Source of the DNA: a virus
Taxonomy: Duplodnaviria > Caudoviricetes
IMG/VR virus record: IMGVR_UViG_3300005512_000158
Span: 1 to 34,384 of that record
Reading direction: 5' to 3' (one strand)
DNA length: 34,384 nt
The notes beneath the pieces are model-generated. The model had not been told where the DNA came from and made no database searches. It saw only the letters and a list, made by a program, of their open reading frames with translations. Made by a program: the position numbers and the translations under genes. Below are positions 25,951 to 34,384 of the stretch, in pieces. How positions within the stretch are numbered: the first letter of the stretch is position 1; the number at the start of each line of letters is the position of its first letter.

Positions 25951-27531
25951 ATGAGTACCTTAATAAACAACTTTGAAGGCTTAAGCAATGCACCCAATGC
26001 AGGCGGTGCACCGTGGTTTCAAGTGGTGCTGCCTGCAGATATTGATACCATACCAGACCGTGTGCTGGACCAAATAAGCACTGCTATTACTTTACAAAGT
26101 GGCAGTAATGCTTACAATATAAAGCCCACCGTGGGCAGCATTGGCTGGACTGAAAGCGCACGCCAAATTAATGGCCGCCCAGAGTACACCAGTGTGTTTA
26201 GCTTCGTTATTCCTAAAGATAGGCCAGATGTGTTAAACTACGCACAGCACCTTAATAACCGTGGTGTGGTAGCTATTGTACGAGATGCCAACGGCCAAAA
26301 CCGTTTAATGGGCACCAAAGATGAACCGGCAACATTTAGAATGGCTAGCCGTACATTGGGCAGCGCTGGTGGTGGTAGAAATGAGCACCGATACGAAATA
26401 GCGCTTACCAGTGCCAAACCAGTACCATTTTATGAGGTTACAACACACTTACCTGCACCTGCAAACACGTGCCCACCGCACCCCAGCTTAACAGTAGCTG
26501 TGGATGATGCCACACCAAACTTTGGCGATACTATTACAGTAACAGCCACCGCAAACAACATTACTGCTACCAATTACGATTTTTACCTGCCGCAAAATGG
26601 TGGTAATTTTAAGCGCATTAGCCAAGCCAGTAATGCATACAGCTGGGCTGTAGATTTTGTTGGTAATGGCACCATTTACGTGGGCTGCGATAATGGCACA
26701 GATACTGGCTACACCATAAGTGGTGTGGCAGTTACCAGCACTGGCTATTTATTGGATGCACTAGAGTGCCCACCAGATACAACTACCGGCTTAATGATAT
26801 TAAGCACCAGTTTTGCCACCACGCCTATAATTAACGTAAGGCGCAGCAGCGGCAGCCCTAGTGCTGCTGATTTTAAATACGATAGTATTATTGATGGCAC
26901 ACTGGCTGCGTGGGTAGGTGCAGGAAACGATGGTTTTATAACTACATACTATGATCAAACTGGTAAAGGCCGCCACCGTTTCCAAACAAATGCAAGCTAT
27001 CAACTTAAAATCGTAGATGCTGGCACCTTGGTAACCGATAGCAACGGCAACCCTTCTGCCAAAGTGGTAAGCCCAGGTAATGGTATGGAAGTGTACGGCT
27101 TTGGCACCAGTACAAGCGGCACTGTTTATTTAGTTTGCAAACCCACTGGTGGTAATAACGCAGGTAGGTATGGTTATTTATTTAGCCGAAATGCCAGCCC
27201 AGCCGTTGGTCGTTTTGACGATACGGGCGCGGATACAAATAGCACAGCCACTGGCGCTGGTAGCCCTACCCACAAAGTAAATGGCGCACTTATAGCCAAC
27301 GAGCAGCGCGGCACGCTTGGCATTGCCATTGTAAATAACGAGTGCATTATAACTATTGATGGCATAGATTGGACTGGCAATTTAGCTACGTGGGCAAGCA
27401 CTAAGAACGAAACCTTAGAGTTTTGCGACCCAGATACATTAGATATGGCATTTATTGGCTTTAATGCTAATGGTACAGATGAGCAGGCCACCATTGAAAG
27501 CTATTTAAACCACTTTTATGGATACTACTAA
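25951..27531 (+). CDS. Tail-tube paralog fused to Ig-like and lectin-like domains (putative adhesin/RBP)
   Basis: First ~160 aa align by eye with 30520..31053; TITVTAT...YSW Ig/PKD-like segment; INVRRSS...DGFITTYYDQTGKGRH motif. Confidence 0.65.
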   Translation: MSTLINNFEGLSNAPNAGGAPWFQVVLPADIDTIPDRVLDQISTAITLQSGSNAYNIKPTVGSIGWTESARQINGRPEYTSVFSFVIPKDRPDVLNYAQHLNNRGVVAIVRDANGQNRLMGTKDEPATFRMASRTLGSAGGGRNEHRYEIALTSAKPVPFYEVTTHLPAPANTCPPHPSLTVAVDDATPNFGDTITVTATANNITATNYDFYLPQNGGNFKRISQASNAYSWAVDFVGNGTIYVGCDNGTDTGYTISGVAVTSTGYLLDALECPPDTTTGLMILSTSFATTPIINVRRSSGSPSAADFKYDSIIDGTLAAWVGAGNDGFITTYYDQTGKGRHRFQTNASYQLKIVDAGTLVTDSNGNPSAKVVSPGNGMEVYGFGTSTSGTVYLVCKPTGGNNAGRYGYLFSRNASPAVGRFDDTGADTNSTATGAGSPTHKVNGALIANEQRGTLGIAIVNNECIITIDGIDWTGNLATWASTKNETLEFCDPDTLDMAFIGFNANGTDEQATIESYLNHFYGYY

Positions 27532-27676
27532 AAAGCTATACTTTAAAACCGAAGCAGACCGCGATGCGTACAATGCTGCAGAAGCACAGTACCGTGGTAT
27601 GGATATGCTTACCACGATTTTCTGGTACCCTATTGGCGAAGATGCAGAAGGCTTTTATGTGGTAATTACCGATTAG
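27518..27676 (+). CDS. 52-aa protein (not in ORF track), possible adhesin partner
   Basis: MDTTKKLYFKTEADRDAYNAAEAQYRGMDMLTTIFWYPIGEDAEGFYVVITD; overlaps the upstream gene end and stops just before the next promoter. Confidence 0.6.
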   Translation: MDTTKKLYFKTEADRDAYNAAEAQYRGMDMLTTIFWYPIGEDAEGFYVVITD

Positions 27677-27680
27677 TTAC

Positions 27681-27721
27681 TGTCCTTTTTTACGTGCCGC
27701 TGCCACTGCACTTTTACATTG
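27681..27721 (+). promoter_or_regulatory. Putative late promoter of the head operon (TGTCCTTTT ... CACTTTTA)
   Basis: Same motif and spacing; ATG at 27722. Confidence 0.65.
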
Positions 27722-28594
27722 ATGAAAAGAATTACGCAGGCATTAGCACGTAATAAATGGGCAATTGAGTTAAACGCAGGTTTAGCGCTTTACCCACGCG
27801 CCCACCAACTACTTACTGGCCAGCGTGCTACTTTCTTTGATACCGACACCAACGAACCAGAACCAGTTGCGCATATATATGGTGCAGCAGGTTTGCAACC
27901 ATTTACACCAGGTACAACTACCAGCGCCAACGATATTGGTGTGCTTACTATTAGTGGTGCACTTGTAAAAGATAGCGACCACGAATGTGGTGTGGTAGGC
28001 ACAATGGAAATGGCCGAAATGGTAGAAGCAATGGCAGCAGCTGGTGTATCTGCCATAGTTATTAATATTGATAGCCCAGGCGGCCAAGTAGATGGCACAG
28101 CCACTTTAGCAGATGCTATACACGCTGCAGAAGTACCCACCGTGGCAGTAGTAAACGATGGTATGGCGTGCAGTGCCGGCTATTGGATAGCTAGCGCAGC
28201 AGATACTATTTACTGCACACACCCTACCAGCGAAGTGGGAAGCATTGGCGTTTACGCTACACTGGCCGACTTTAGTAAGTATTATGAAGATATGGGCGTG
28301 CGCGTAGAAGATGTGTACGCAGACCAAAGCACCGAAAAAAACAACGGGTACCGCGATTGGCTAGCAGGCAACGCAGACACGTTTAAGCAGCGCTTAAACA
28401 GCACTGCAGATGCGTTTATTGATACCGTAAAAGCTAACCGTGCAGGTAAGCTTAATGTAGCTGCAGCAGATCCATTTAAAGGCGCTGTATATAATGCAAC
28501 CGATGCGCTAGCCATTGGGCTTATTGATGGCATTAAGCCATACAAGGCTGTGCTGGCAGATTTAACTACCGAGAAACTCACATTTAAGTTATAA
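27719..28594 (+). CDS. Prohead protease, S49 (SppA-like) family
   Basis: IDSPGG, MACSAGYWIAS, VGSIGV, GLIDGI. Confidence 0.92.
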   Translation: MMKRITQALARNKWAIELNAGLALYPRAHQLLTGQRATFFDTDTNEPEPVAHIYGAAGLQPFTPGTTTSANDIGVLTISGALVKDSDHECGVVGTMEMAEMVEAMAAAGVSAIVINIDSPGGQVDGTATLADAIHAAEVPTVAVVNDGMACSAGYWIASAADTIYCTHPTSEVGSIGVYATLADFSKYYEDMGVRVEDVYADQSTEKNNGYRDWLAGNADTFKQRLNSTADAFIDTVKANRAGKLNVAAADPFKGAVYNATDALAIGLIDGIKPYKAVLADLTTEKLTFKL

Positions 28595-29049
28595 TGAAAG
28601 ACAGAATAAACGCATTTTGGAATAAGCACTTTGGTGCTGAATTATTCCCAGCAGATGGCACAGATGTAGCCATTGAAGAAAGCCACGTGCAAGGTTTAGA
28701 AGAAATTAGCAACAAGTTGGAAGCTTTAGAAGCTGAAAACCTGCAGCTTAAAGAAGAAAACCAAGAACACGCTATGGTTATTGATGAACTAACCACCGCC
28801 AACGATAACGGGCGCGCATTTGCAGCTGTAATTACTGCAGCATTGGAAGCCAATAACGTGGAAGTGCCAGAAGGCGCAAGTGCTGCAGATGTAGCAGCCG
28901 AAAAAATTACAGCGTGGGGCAAAACAGTGCCAGCAGCTACTGCACCAGTAGCTACTACTGCCGATGATTTAGGCGATGGCACAGCACCAAGCTACCTTAC
29001 AGAGTTTGACAAGCGCGTGCTTGAAAGAAATAACCGAAACAAGAAATAA
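28594..29049 (+). CDS. Scaffolding-like protein
   Basis: Acidic coiled coil with basic C-terminus, between protease and capsid. Confidence 0.6.
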   Translation: MKDRINAFWNKHFGAELFPADGTDVAIEESHVQGLEEISNKLEALEAENLQLKEENQEHAMVIDELTTANDNGRAFAAVITAALEANNVEVPEGASAADVAAEKITAWGKTVPAATAPVATTADDLGDGTAPSYLTEFDKRVLERNNRNKK

Positions 29050-29067
29050 AACCCAAAAAAACACAAA

Positions 29068-30156
29068 ATGAAAAAGTTTTTAAGTTCAATTGTGGCGGTG
29101 CTGTTTTTAGCAGCCACTGCCTTTTCTGCAGGAATTGCACCTGCAGTATCAATACCAGCAGTATTGCTGGCTGCCAGCCTTGGCAATGTAGTTACTGGCG
29201 TGCACACCGCTGCAGCTATTGATTACACAGATTTAGCCAGTGCACTTGGCGCATACTACCGTCAAAATGATGATGGCGTAATGAGCCAGCTAATGCTTGG
29301 AATGGATATTGAGGATAGAATATCTGTACTAGATGGCGTTAAGGATGAGCAGCCGTTAATACATTCAGTTACTGGCGATTTAGTTAAGCCTGGTGGCGAT
29401 CCAACAAGCTTTAGTGCAACTGCAAACGCTTTTGATTTACAGCCTAGAGTACTTAAAGTTAGACCTTGGAAAATTGACCTTACTTTTTACCCACAACTTA
29501 TGGAACGCCAATGGTTAGGCTACCTTAAAAGCAATGGCAGCGACCCAACGGAAATGCCTTTTGCGGAATTTTTCTTTAACGAGATTACGAAGAAAGCAAA
29601 CGAGAACATTAGACTATCTGCATTGTTTGGCGGATCTTACAACGGTGCTGGTACTGCACCAGCTGATATTTTTGATGGTTTCCTTGAAATTATCGCAGAT
29701 GAAATTACAGCAACCAACATTACACCAGTAGCTACCGGTGCTGTATCTAGCGGTACAGTAATTGGCGATATTGAAGATACCTACGACAATTTACACGAAG
29801 CTGCAAAAGGTGTTCCTGGTATTATCTTGGTAAGCCCTACATTATTTGATTGGTATGTAAGAGCGTACAGAAGCACGCACGGTGCTAATGGCGATTACAC
29901 CGGAATGGCACAAGGTAAAGTTCCATTGGATGGATCTATGTATATGATTACGCGCGAACCAGGATTGGCAAGCAGCCAGCGAATTATTGCTACAACTGTA
30001 GAAAACTTGGTTTACGGTGTAGATACTGCAGGCGAAGAAAACACGGTGCGCGTAGAGCAAAACAGACGTGCCATTGATGTAATGGTAGATGCTAAAGGTG
30101 GTGTGCAGTTTAGAGATATAAGCACCAGAGCATTATCTGTAAACGATCAAGCGTAA
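29068..30156 (+). CDS. Major capsid protein with hydrophobic N-terminal leader
   Basis: 362 aa; position after protease/scaffold; DIFDGFLEII and ENLVYGVD motifs consistent with an HK97-fold MCP. Confidence 0.8.
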   Translation: MKKFLSSIVAVLFLAATAFSAGIAPAVSIPAVLLAASLGNVVTGVHTAAAIDYTDLASALGAYYRQNDDGVMSQLMLGMDIEDRISVLDGVKDEQPLIHSVTGDLVKPGGDPTSFSATANAFDLQPRVLKVRPWKIDLTFYPQLMERQWLGYLKSNGSDPTEMPFAEFFFNEITKKANENIRLSALFGGSYNGAGTAPADIFDGFLEIIADEITATNITPVATGAVSSGTVIGDIEDTYDNLHEAAKGVPGIILVSPTLFDWYVRAYRSTHGANGDYTGMAQGKVPLDGSMYMITREPGLASSQRIIATTVENLVYGVDTAGEENTVRVEQNRRAIDVMVDAKGGVQFRDISTRALSVNDQA

Positions 30157-30175
30157 AAAACTTAAGAAACTACAC

Positions 30176-30499
30176 TTGATGGCGAAGAAAAGAACCACAA
30201 AAGCTAAGCAACCGGTGCAATTAACTGCACCGGCTGTGGATGCTGAAAAGGCCGAAATGGCAGAAATAATTGCAGAACAGAGTGCCGAACTGGAAAAGCT
30301 AAGCGCAGAAAAAGTGCACAAGGTTACAGTTATCACTATCAACAAGAAAAAATACAAGGTGCTGGCCGCTTCTTGTATTATTAAAGTTGATGGCATACCG
30401 CAAAAGGTAGAAGTGGCGCAACTGGGCAAAGCCGCCAACAAGGCTGCAGCTGCTGCTTTGCTATCTAAAGAAGGCCAGCAAATACTTAAGGAAGTTTAA
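30176..30499 (+). CDS. Hypothetical head-associated protein
   Basis: 107 aa directly after the MCP. Confidence 0.6.
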   Translation: MMAKKRTTKAKQPVQLTAPAVDAEKAEMAEIIAEQSAELEKLSAEKVHKVTVITINKKKYKVLAASCIIKVDGIPQKVEVAQLGKAANKAAAAALLSKEGQQILKEV

Positions 30500-30519
30500 A
30501 CGCATAATACCAAGAAGAT

Positions 30520-31053
30520 ATGGCATACGATTTTGTAAACATAAGCGGTCCATTAAACCGCGATAATGCAGCAGGGCTAGCTGCAGAAGTGCTTTACGCA
30601 CCAATTAGCCACTTTACCAGCATTGAGGTGCCAGGCGCTTACAGTTCTGCTGGCGATGAAGTTAAAATTACCACAGATCATACTTTTGATGTGGGTAAAG
30701 GTTTTGTAAAACTGAAATTTGTTGTGGATAGCCACGCGCTTACTGCTGCACTACCAGAGCAACGAGATGCAAGCGGCTACAGCGCTACTTTAGAAGGCGA
30801 TGTGGTGGCAGAAACAGAAGAAGAAATTGCAGAAGTACTGCGCAACCTTCTTACTGATGATGTGCTAGTGTTGGTTAAAACTGCACAAGGCAAATATTTG
30901 CAATTGGGCACCGAAGATTTCCCAGCGGCAATACGCCAAACAGAGGACACAACCGGAAGCAGCGCAGAAGGCCAAAACAAGCAACGTGTTAAGATTATGG
31001 CAAACCAGCCTAAAAAGTTGTTTTATAGCGGTGCTGTAACTCTTAAACCGTAA
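30520..31053 (+). CDS. Major tail (tube) protein, putative
   Basis: 177 aa acidic beta-rich; FDVGKGFVK, LG....PA and C-terminal FYSGAV motifs of Bacteroidota siphophage tube proteins. Confidence 0.65.
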   Translation: MAYDFVNISGPLNRDNAAGLAAEVLYAPISHFTSIEVPGAYSSAGDEVKITTDHTFDVGKGFVKLKFVVDSHALTAALPEQRDASGYSATLEGDVVAETEEEIAEVLRNLLTDDVLVLVKTAQGKYLQLGTEDFPAAIRQTEDTTGSSAEGQNKQRVKIMANQPKKLFYSGAVTLKP

Positions 31054-31056
31054 GCA

Positions 31057-31269
31057 ATGGCTGCCGATAATACGCCAAAACTGCCAGAAGATGTTGCCAC
31101 AGATTTTAAATACTGTGGCAACGGTGCAACCAACTATGTGGTGCCAGGTATTGGTACTGTAAACGTAGAAACCATTAAACCAGCTGTGGCTGCAGAATTG
31201 GTAAAGCGCGGTGCCCACTTCTTAAAGAAAAAGCGTAAAGCCAAGGCTAAAACTACCGACCAAAAATAA
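31057..31269 (+). CDS. Small hypothetical protein
   Basis: 70 aa, basic C-terminus; last gene before the terminator. Confidence 0.6.
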   Translation: MAADNTPKLPEDVATDFKYCGNGATNYVVPGIGTVNVETIKPAVAAELVKRGAHFLKKKRKAKAKTTDQK

Positions 31270-31321
31270 GGTGTAGTTCCCTTTTCCCCTGCTTCTGGCA
31301 TTGACTTGACCGGAAGCCAAA

Positions 31322-31348
31322 AGCCCTGCCATTATGGTGGGGCTTTTT
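31322..31348 (+). terminator. Intrinsic terminator, family copy 3
   Basis: AGCCCTGCC-attat-GGTGGGGCT followed by a T run. Confidence 0.8.
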
Positions 31349-31351
31349 ATT

Positions 31352-31391
31352 TGTCCTTTTACTTAGCAGTTAAGCACATCATCTTTACACT
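31352..31391 (+). promoter_or_regulatory. Putative late promoter of the packaging operon (TGTCCTTTT ... CATCTTTA)
   Basis: Same motif and spacing; ATG at 31392. Confidence 0.65.
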
Positions 31392-32084
31392 ATGGCCATA
31401 AAAGCAGTAAACAACTGGCTTAATGGCGCAAAGGACTACACAGAAGGCGTGCAGCTGTACAAGCAATATGGCAGCAGTAATGTACTAGCCAACCTTTTTG
31501 CCAATAGCCAAAATTCTTACACCGAAAAAAAGCTGCTGCAGGAATTGCAGAAGCTGAACGAGCGCACCGCGCCAATTACGGTGCCGGTGGCATTGGTACA
31601 ACCTAAGAAGCGCAAAAAAGATGTAATGCGCTTAAGCAGCTTTAAGCCACACCAAAAGCACACATTTACACCGGTAGATTTAACCAACGCGCCAAAGCCG
31701 CTGCAGAACCTAGACCAACGCAGGCGGCAGTTATTCCAGCAGGCTGCAGAAATTAAGGCAGCGCTAGATGCTGGCGAGTTTACCACACCCACCGAACGGT
31801 ATGAAGCTGTGCGCTTAATAGATGAAAACTTTTACGGCCACCGTGGTATCCAGCAAATATGGCAGCGCATAGATTTCTGGCACAAGCACGGCAGGTTTGT
31901 GCCTTTTCAAGCCACTAAACCTACCAAGCCAATAGAAAAAGAAGTGCTGCACAAGCGACTAACTACTGTGCGCACCTACATAAGCAAATACAAGAACAAT
32001 AAGCAGCGGCAGGATTTGCACAACAAGTATCTGCAAGAAGCTTTAGACATAGAACAGAAACTGCTAGACAATGGCAAAGCGTAA
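31392..32084 (+). CDS. Hypothetical basic protein upstream of the terminase genes
   Basis: 230 aa; WL...KDY.EGV.LY N-terminus. Confidence 0.65.
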   Translation: MAIKAVNNWLNGAKDYTEGVQLYKQYGSSNVLANLFANSQNSYTEKKLLQELQKLNERTAPITVPVALVQPKKRKKDVMRLSSFKPHQKHTFTPVDLTNAPKPLQNLDQRRRQLFQQAAEIKAALDAGEFTTPTERYEAVRLIDENFYGHRGIQQIWQRIDFWHKHGRFVPFQATKPTKPIEKEVLHKRLTTVRTYISKYKNNKQRQDLHNKYLQEALDIEQKLLDNGKA

Positions 32085-32733
32085 TAATACATTGGAATTA
32101 ATACCAGACAACCGTACAGAACTGCAAAAGCTGCAGGAATACCTGCAAAAAGGTGGCGATGTAAAAGGCTTAAAGCCAGAGTGGCGGCAAATGTGGGACC
32201 GTGTACTGCTAGTTGATGGCATTATAAGGCAATACCCTAGCAGTAAAGACCAGCTGCGCGTAATGCGTGAGCACCCAGAACTGCAAACGCTTAGCCGTAC
32301 GCAGCTGTGGCGGTATCGTAATGCCACGCAGGAACTGATAGGCTTAACCGAAAGCAGCAAAAAGAAATACCAGCGATTAATTGCAGATGAACTGGTGCAG
32401 AAGGGTATTAATATGGCCGAAGCTTTCGACAAAGCAGGCGAAAGTGCAGCAGCTGGCCGTTTATGGGCAGAAATGATTAAGACTTACATTAAGCTGCACG
32501 CATTAGATGTGCACGATGATGATAGTACAGAGAAGCACGAACCAAATGCAAACCTGCTGGTGGTAGTTGGCAACGGTGGGCAGCCGCAAACTATTGACTT
32601 AAACAACCCTGCTGCTATTAATGAAGATATGCGCGCAATGGTGGTAAATGCAATTTTTAACGACCAAACGCCAAGCACCCCAGATTTTATACAAGATGCC
32701 ACTTTCGAGGAATTACCAGATAAAGAACCTTAA
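32071..32733 (+). CDS. terS: Terminase small subunit, putative
   Basis: Helical protein with HTH-like LSRTQLWRY; overlaps the terL start; call mainly positional. Confidence 0.55.
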   Translation: MAKRNNTLELIPDNRTELQKLQEYLQKGGDVKGLKPEWRQMWDRVLLVDGIIRQYPSSKDQLRVMREHPELQTLSRTQLWRYRNATQELIGLTESSKKKYQRLIADELVQKGINMAEAFDKAGESAAAGRLWAEMIKTYIKLHALDVHDDDSTEKHEPNANLLVVVGNGGQPQTIDLNNPAAINEDMRAMVVNAIFNDQTPSTPDFIQDATFEELPDKEP

Positions 32734-34342
32734 CTTAAACAAGCCACAGTGGCGCAGCTACCTTACACCAGCTAAAACCACTGTAAATGTTTGGTCGCGT
32801 GGCACCGGTAAAACCTACCAGCAGGCAGCTAAAATGCGCGTGCTGGCTTATGCTTTGCCGCGTGGTGTGGTGTCAATAGTTGGCAGAACATTAGACCAAA
32901 TGCTTACTAATACTTTACCTGGTGCCATTGGTGCTTTAGAAGATTGGGGCTACACAGAATGGAACGGCACGCACGGCCACTTTGTAATTGGTAAGAAACC
33001 GCCAGACCATTGGCCACGACCATACGCCAAGCGTATTAAGTACGATAAGTGTATTACGTGGTACACTGGCACCACATTTGTTTTAATATCGCAAGAACGC
33101 CAAGGCAGTGGTCGTGGTTATTCGTTTGATGCTGTGCAAGCAGATGAATCGCTTACACTTAAAGAAGATCATCTTAAACAAGAAGTGCTGGCCGCTAACC
33201 GTGGTAATAACCATAAATTCAAGGATAACGTCTACCACCATAGTATCGAGTACTGGACCAGTAAGCCATACGTGGGTATGGGTAAATGGATAGATAAACT
33301 GGGCGCTTACTACTTAGAGCAGTACGATACAGATGTGCTTGGCGCAAACAACCGCGCTGCAGAAGTAATGCTGCAGTTTATTGATAGCCAAAGCCAGAAG
33401 GAACGTGTAGAACTTTGGCAGCTAATAGCCGAACACTTAAAAGCAAACCCTTACAAACCCAGCCGAGATGGCGTTTATTATAATGAAGCTGTAGTATTTG
33501 ACAATATTAAAAACCTTGGATGGCAGTACATTAAGACACTGCGCCAGAGTATGCCAGATTATATGTTTAAGGTAGAAGTGTTAAACATTGGTATTAATGC
33601 ACCAAGTGAACGCTTTTACATTCTGCACGAAGATTTGCGATATGATCCACCAAGCTACTACGAAACCAACGGCATACACTTAGCACATACTGCTACCATT
33701 ACACCGTACCAGTTAGACACCGACCTGGTGCGTAATGAACCACTAGATATTGCTTGCGATGCAAACGCCAGCATTAACACCTTAGTGGTAGGCCAGCAAG
33801 TGCAGGATGAATACAGAATACTTAACGGTATTTACGTTAAGAAAGCGCTAACCATAGACAATGCGCAGCGATTCTGCGACTACTACCAGCAGCACCAAAA
33901 TAAGCACGTGCGCTTCTATTACGACCATACATTTATCTACGTAGATGCTGGAAGGCCAGAAAGCTTTAAAGATCAATACGTAAAGGTTTTACGCCAAAAC
34001 GGCTGGACAGTAGAAGAACACTACATTGGCCAAGCTGCTAGCCACCACAGTAGGTACGAAACCATTAACCAGATACTTACACACCAAGCCAACACCTTAC
34101 CGGTACGCTTTAACCGCCAGCGCAGTAAGGATGTTTGGACAGCATTAGAATGCACTGGCATACGCCACAGCAATGGGCAGTTTAAGAAAGACAAAAGAGC
34201 AGAAGCAGATGCCAGCGCAGCCCAGGAGCACACCACACACTACACTGATGCGTTCGATACGCTACTGGTGGGCAGGCTAGTGCATACCAGGACACATACA
34301 CAAGATCCAGAAGCGTTTAACGGTTTAACCGTTGGCAGCTGA
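32648..34342 (+). CDS. terL: Terminase large subunit (true start possibly 32696)
   Basis: Walker A SRGTGKT, GRG..D, Walker B VQADES, nuclease DIACD and HYTDAFD. Confidence 0.88.
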   Translation: MQFLTTKRQAPQILYKMPLSRNYQIKNLNLNKPQWRSYLTPAKTTVNVWSRGTGKTYQQAAKMRVLAYALPRGVVSIVGRTLDQMLTNTLPGAIGALEDWGYTEWNGTHGHFVIGKKPPDHWPRPYAKRIKYDKCITWYTGTTFVLISQERQGSGRGYSFDAVQADESLTLKEDHLKQEVLAANRGNNHKFKDNVYHHSIEYWTSKPYVGMGKWIDKLGAYYLEQYDTDVLGANNRAAEVMLQFIDSQSQKERVELWQLIAEHLKANPYKPSRDGVYYNEAVVFDNIKNLGWQYIKTLRQSMPDYMFKVEVLNIGINAPSERFYILHEDLRYDPPSYYETNGIHLAHTATITPYQLDTDLVRNEPLDIACDANASINTLVVGQQVQDEYRILNGIYVKKALTIDNAQRFCDYYQQHQNKHVRFYYDHTFIYVDAGRPESFKDQYVKVLRQNGWTVEEHYIGQAASHHSRYETINQILTHQANTLPVRFNRQRSKDVWTALECTGIRHSNGQFKKDKRAEADASAAQEHTTHYTDAFDTLLVGRLVHTRTHTQDPEAFNGLTVGS

Positions 34343-34384
34343 TATATCACTTACAAGCCACGTACAATTGCACCCACAGTATAG

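Larger units (their letters stand above)
1..34384. mobile_element. Near-complete temperate tailed phage genome (Bacteroidota host), probably the excised/non-integrated form
   Basis: Head, tail, lysis, integration, replication and packaging modules all present; no host housekeeping genes; attP-like site is internal; Bacteroidota-type TAnnTTTG promoter elements and no obvious Shine-Dalgarno motifs. Confidence 0.92.

Noticed and set aside
25951-27531. Diversity-generating retroelement targeting the adhesin
   Set aside because: No reverse transcriptase and no template/variable repeat pair seen

Overview
The window reads as an essentially complete ~34.4 kb temperate tailed phage of a Bacteroidota (probably Flavobacteriia-like) host, opened between the large terminase (right end) and the portal (left end). 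Left to right it holds portal/adaptor, lysis (holin, GH19 endolysin, spanin-like pair), tail genes and tape measure, a moron, integrase with an apparently intact attP and a divergent repressor switch, early genes with a DnaG primase-helicase fusion, a second tyrosine recombinase, an iteron-rich origin candidate, a short cassette array, a metallophosphoesterase, a putative late regulator, a tail-tube-paralog adhesin, the head module and terminases. The most interesting part is 20811-23704. An IntI-related recombinase lacking the integron-specific insertion lies upstream of a chain of abutting inverted-repeat-bounded modules joined at conserved AACGG / TGTTGT junctions, which resemble integron R''/R' cores. 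The modules carry a C5 methyltransferase and an ORF that reads across a junction, and the block is bracketed by a perfect 33-bp direct repeat. I interpret this as a candidate phage-borne integron-like cassette and domain-shuffling system (inference). Other points: a fixed-spacing TGTCCTTT late-promoter motif suggesting near-leaderless mRNAs, a capsid protein with a signal-peptide-like leader, and candidate small RNAs next to the integrase. All product calls come from motif recognition by eye, not database searches.
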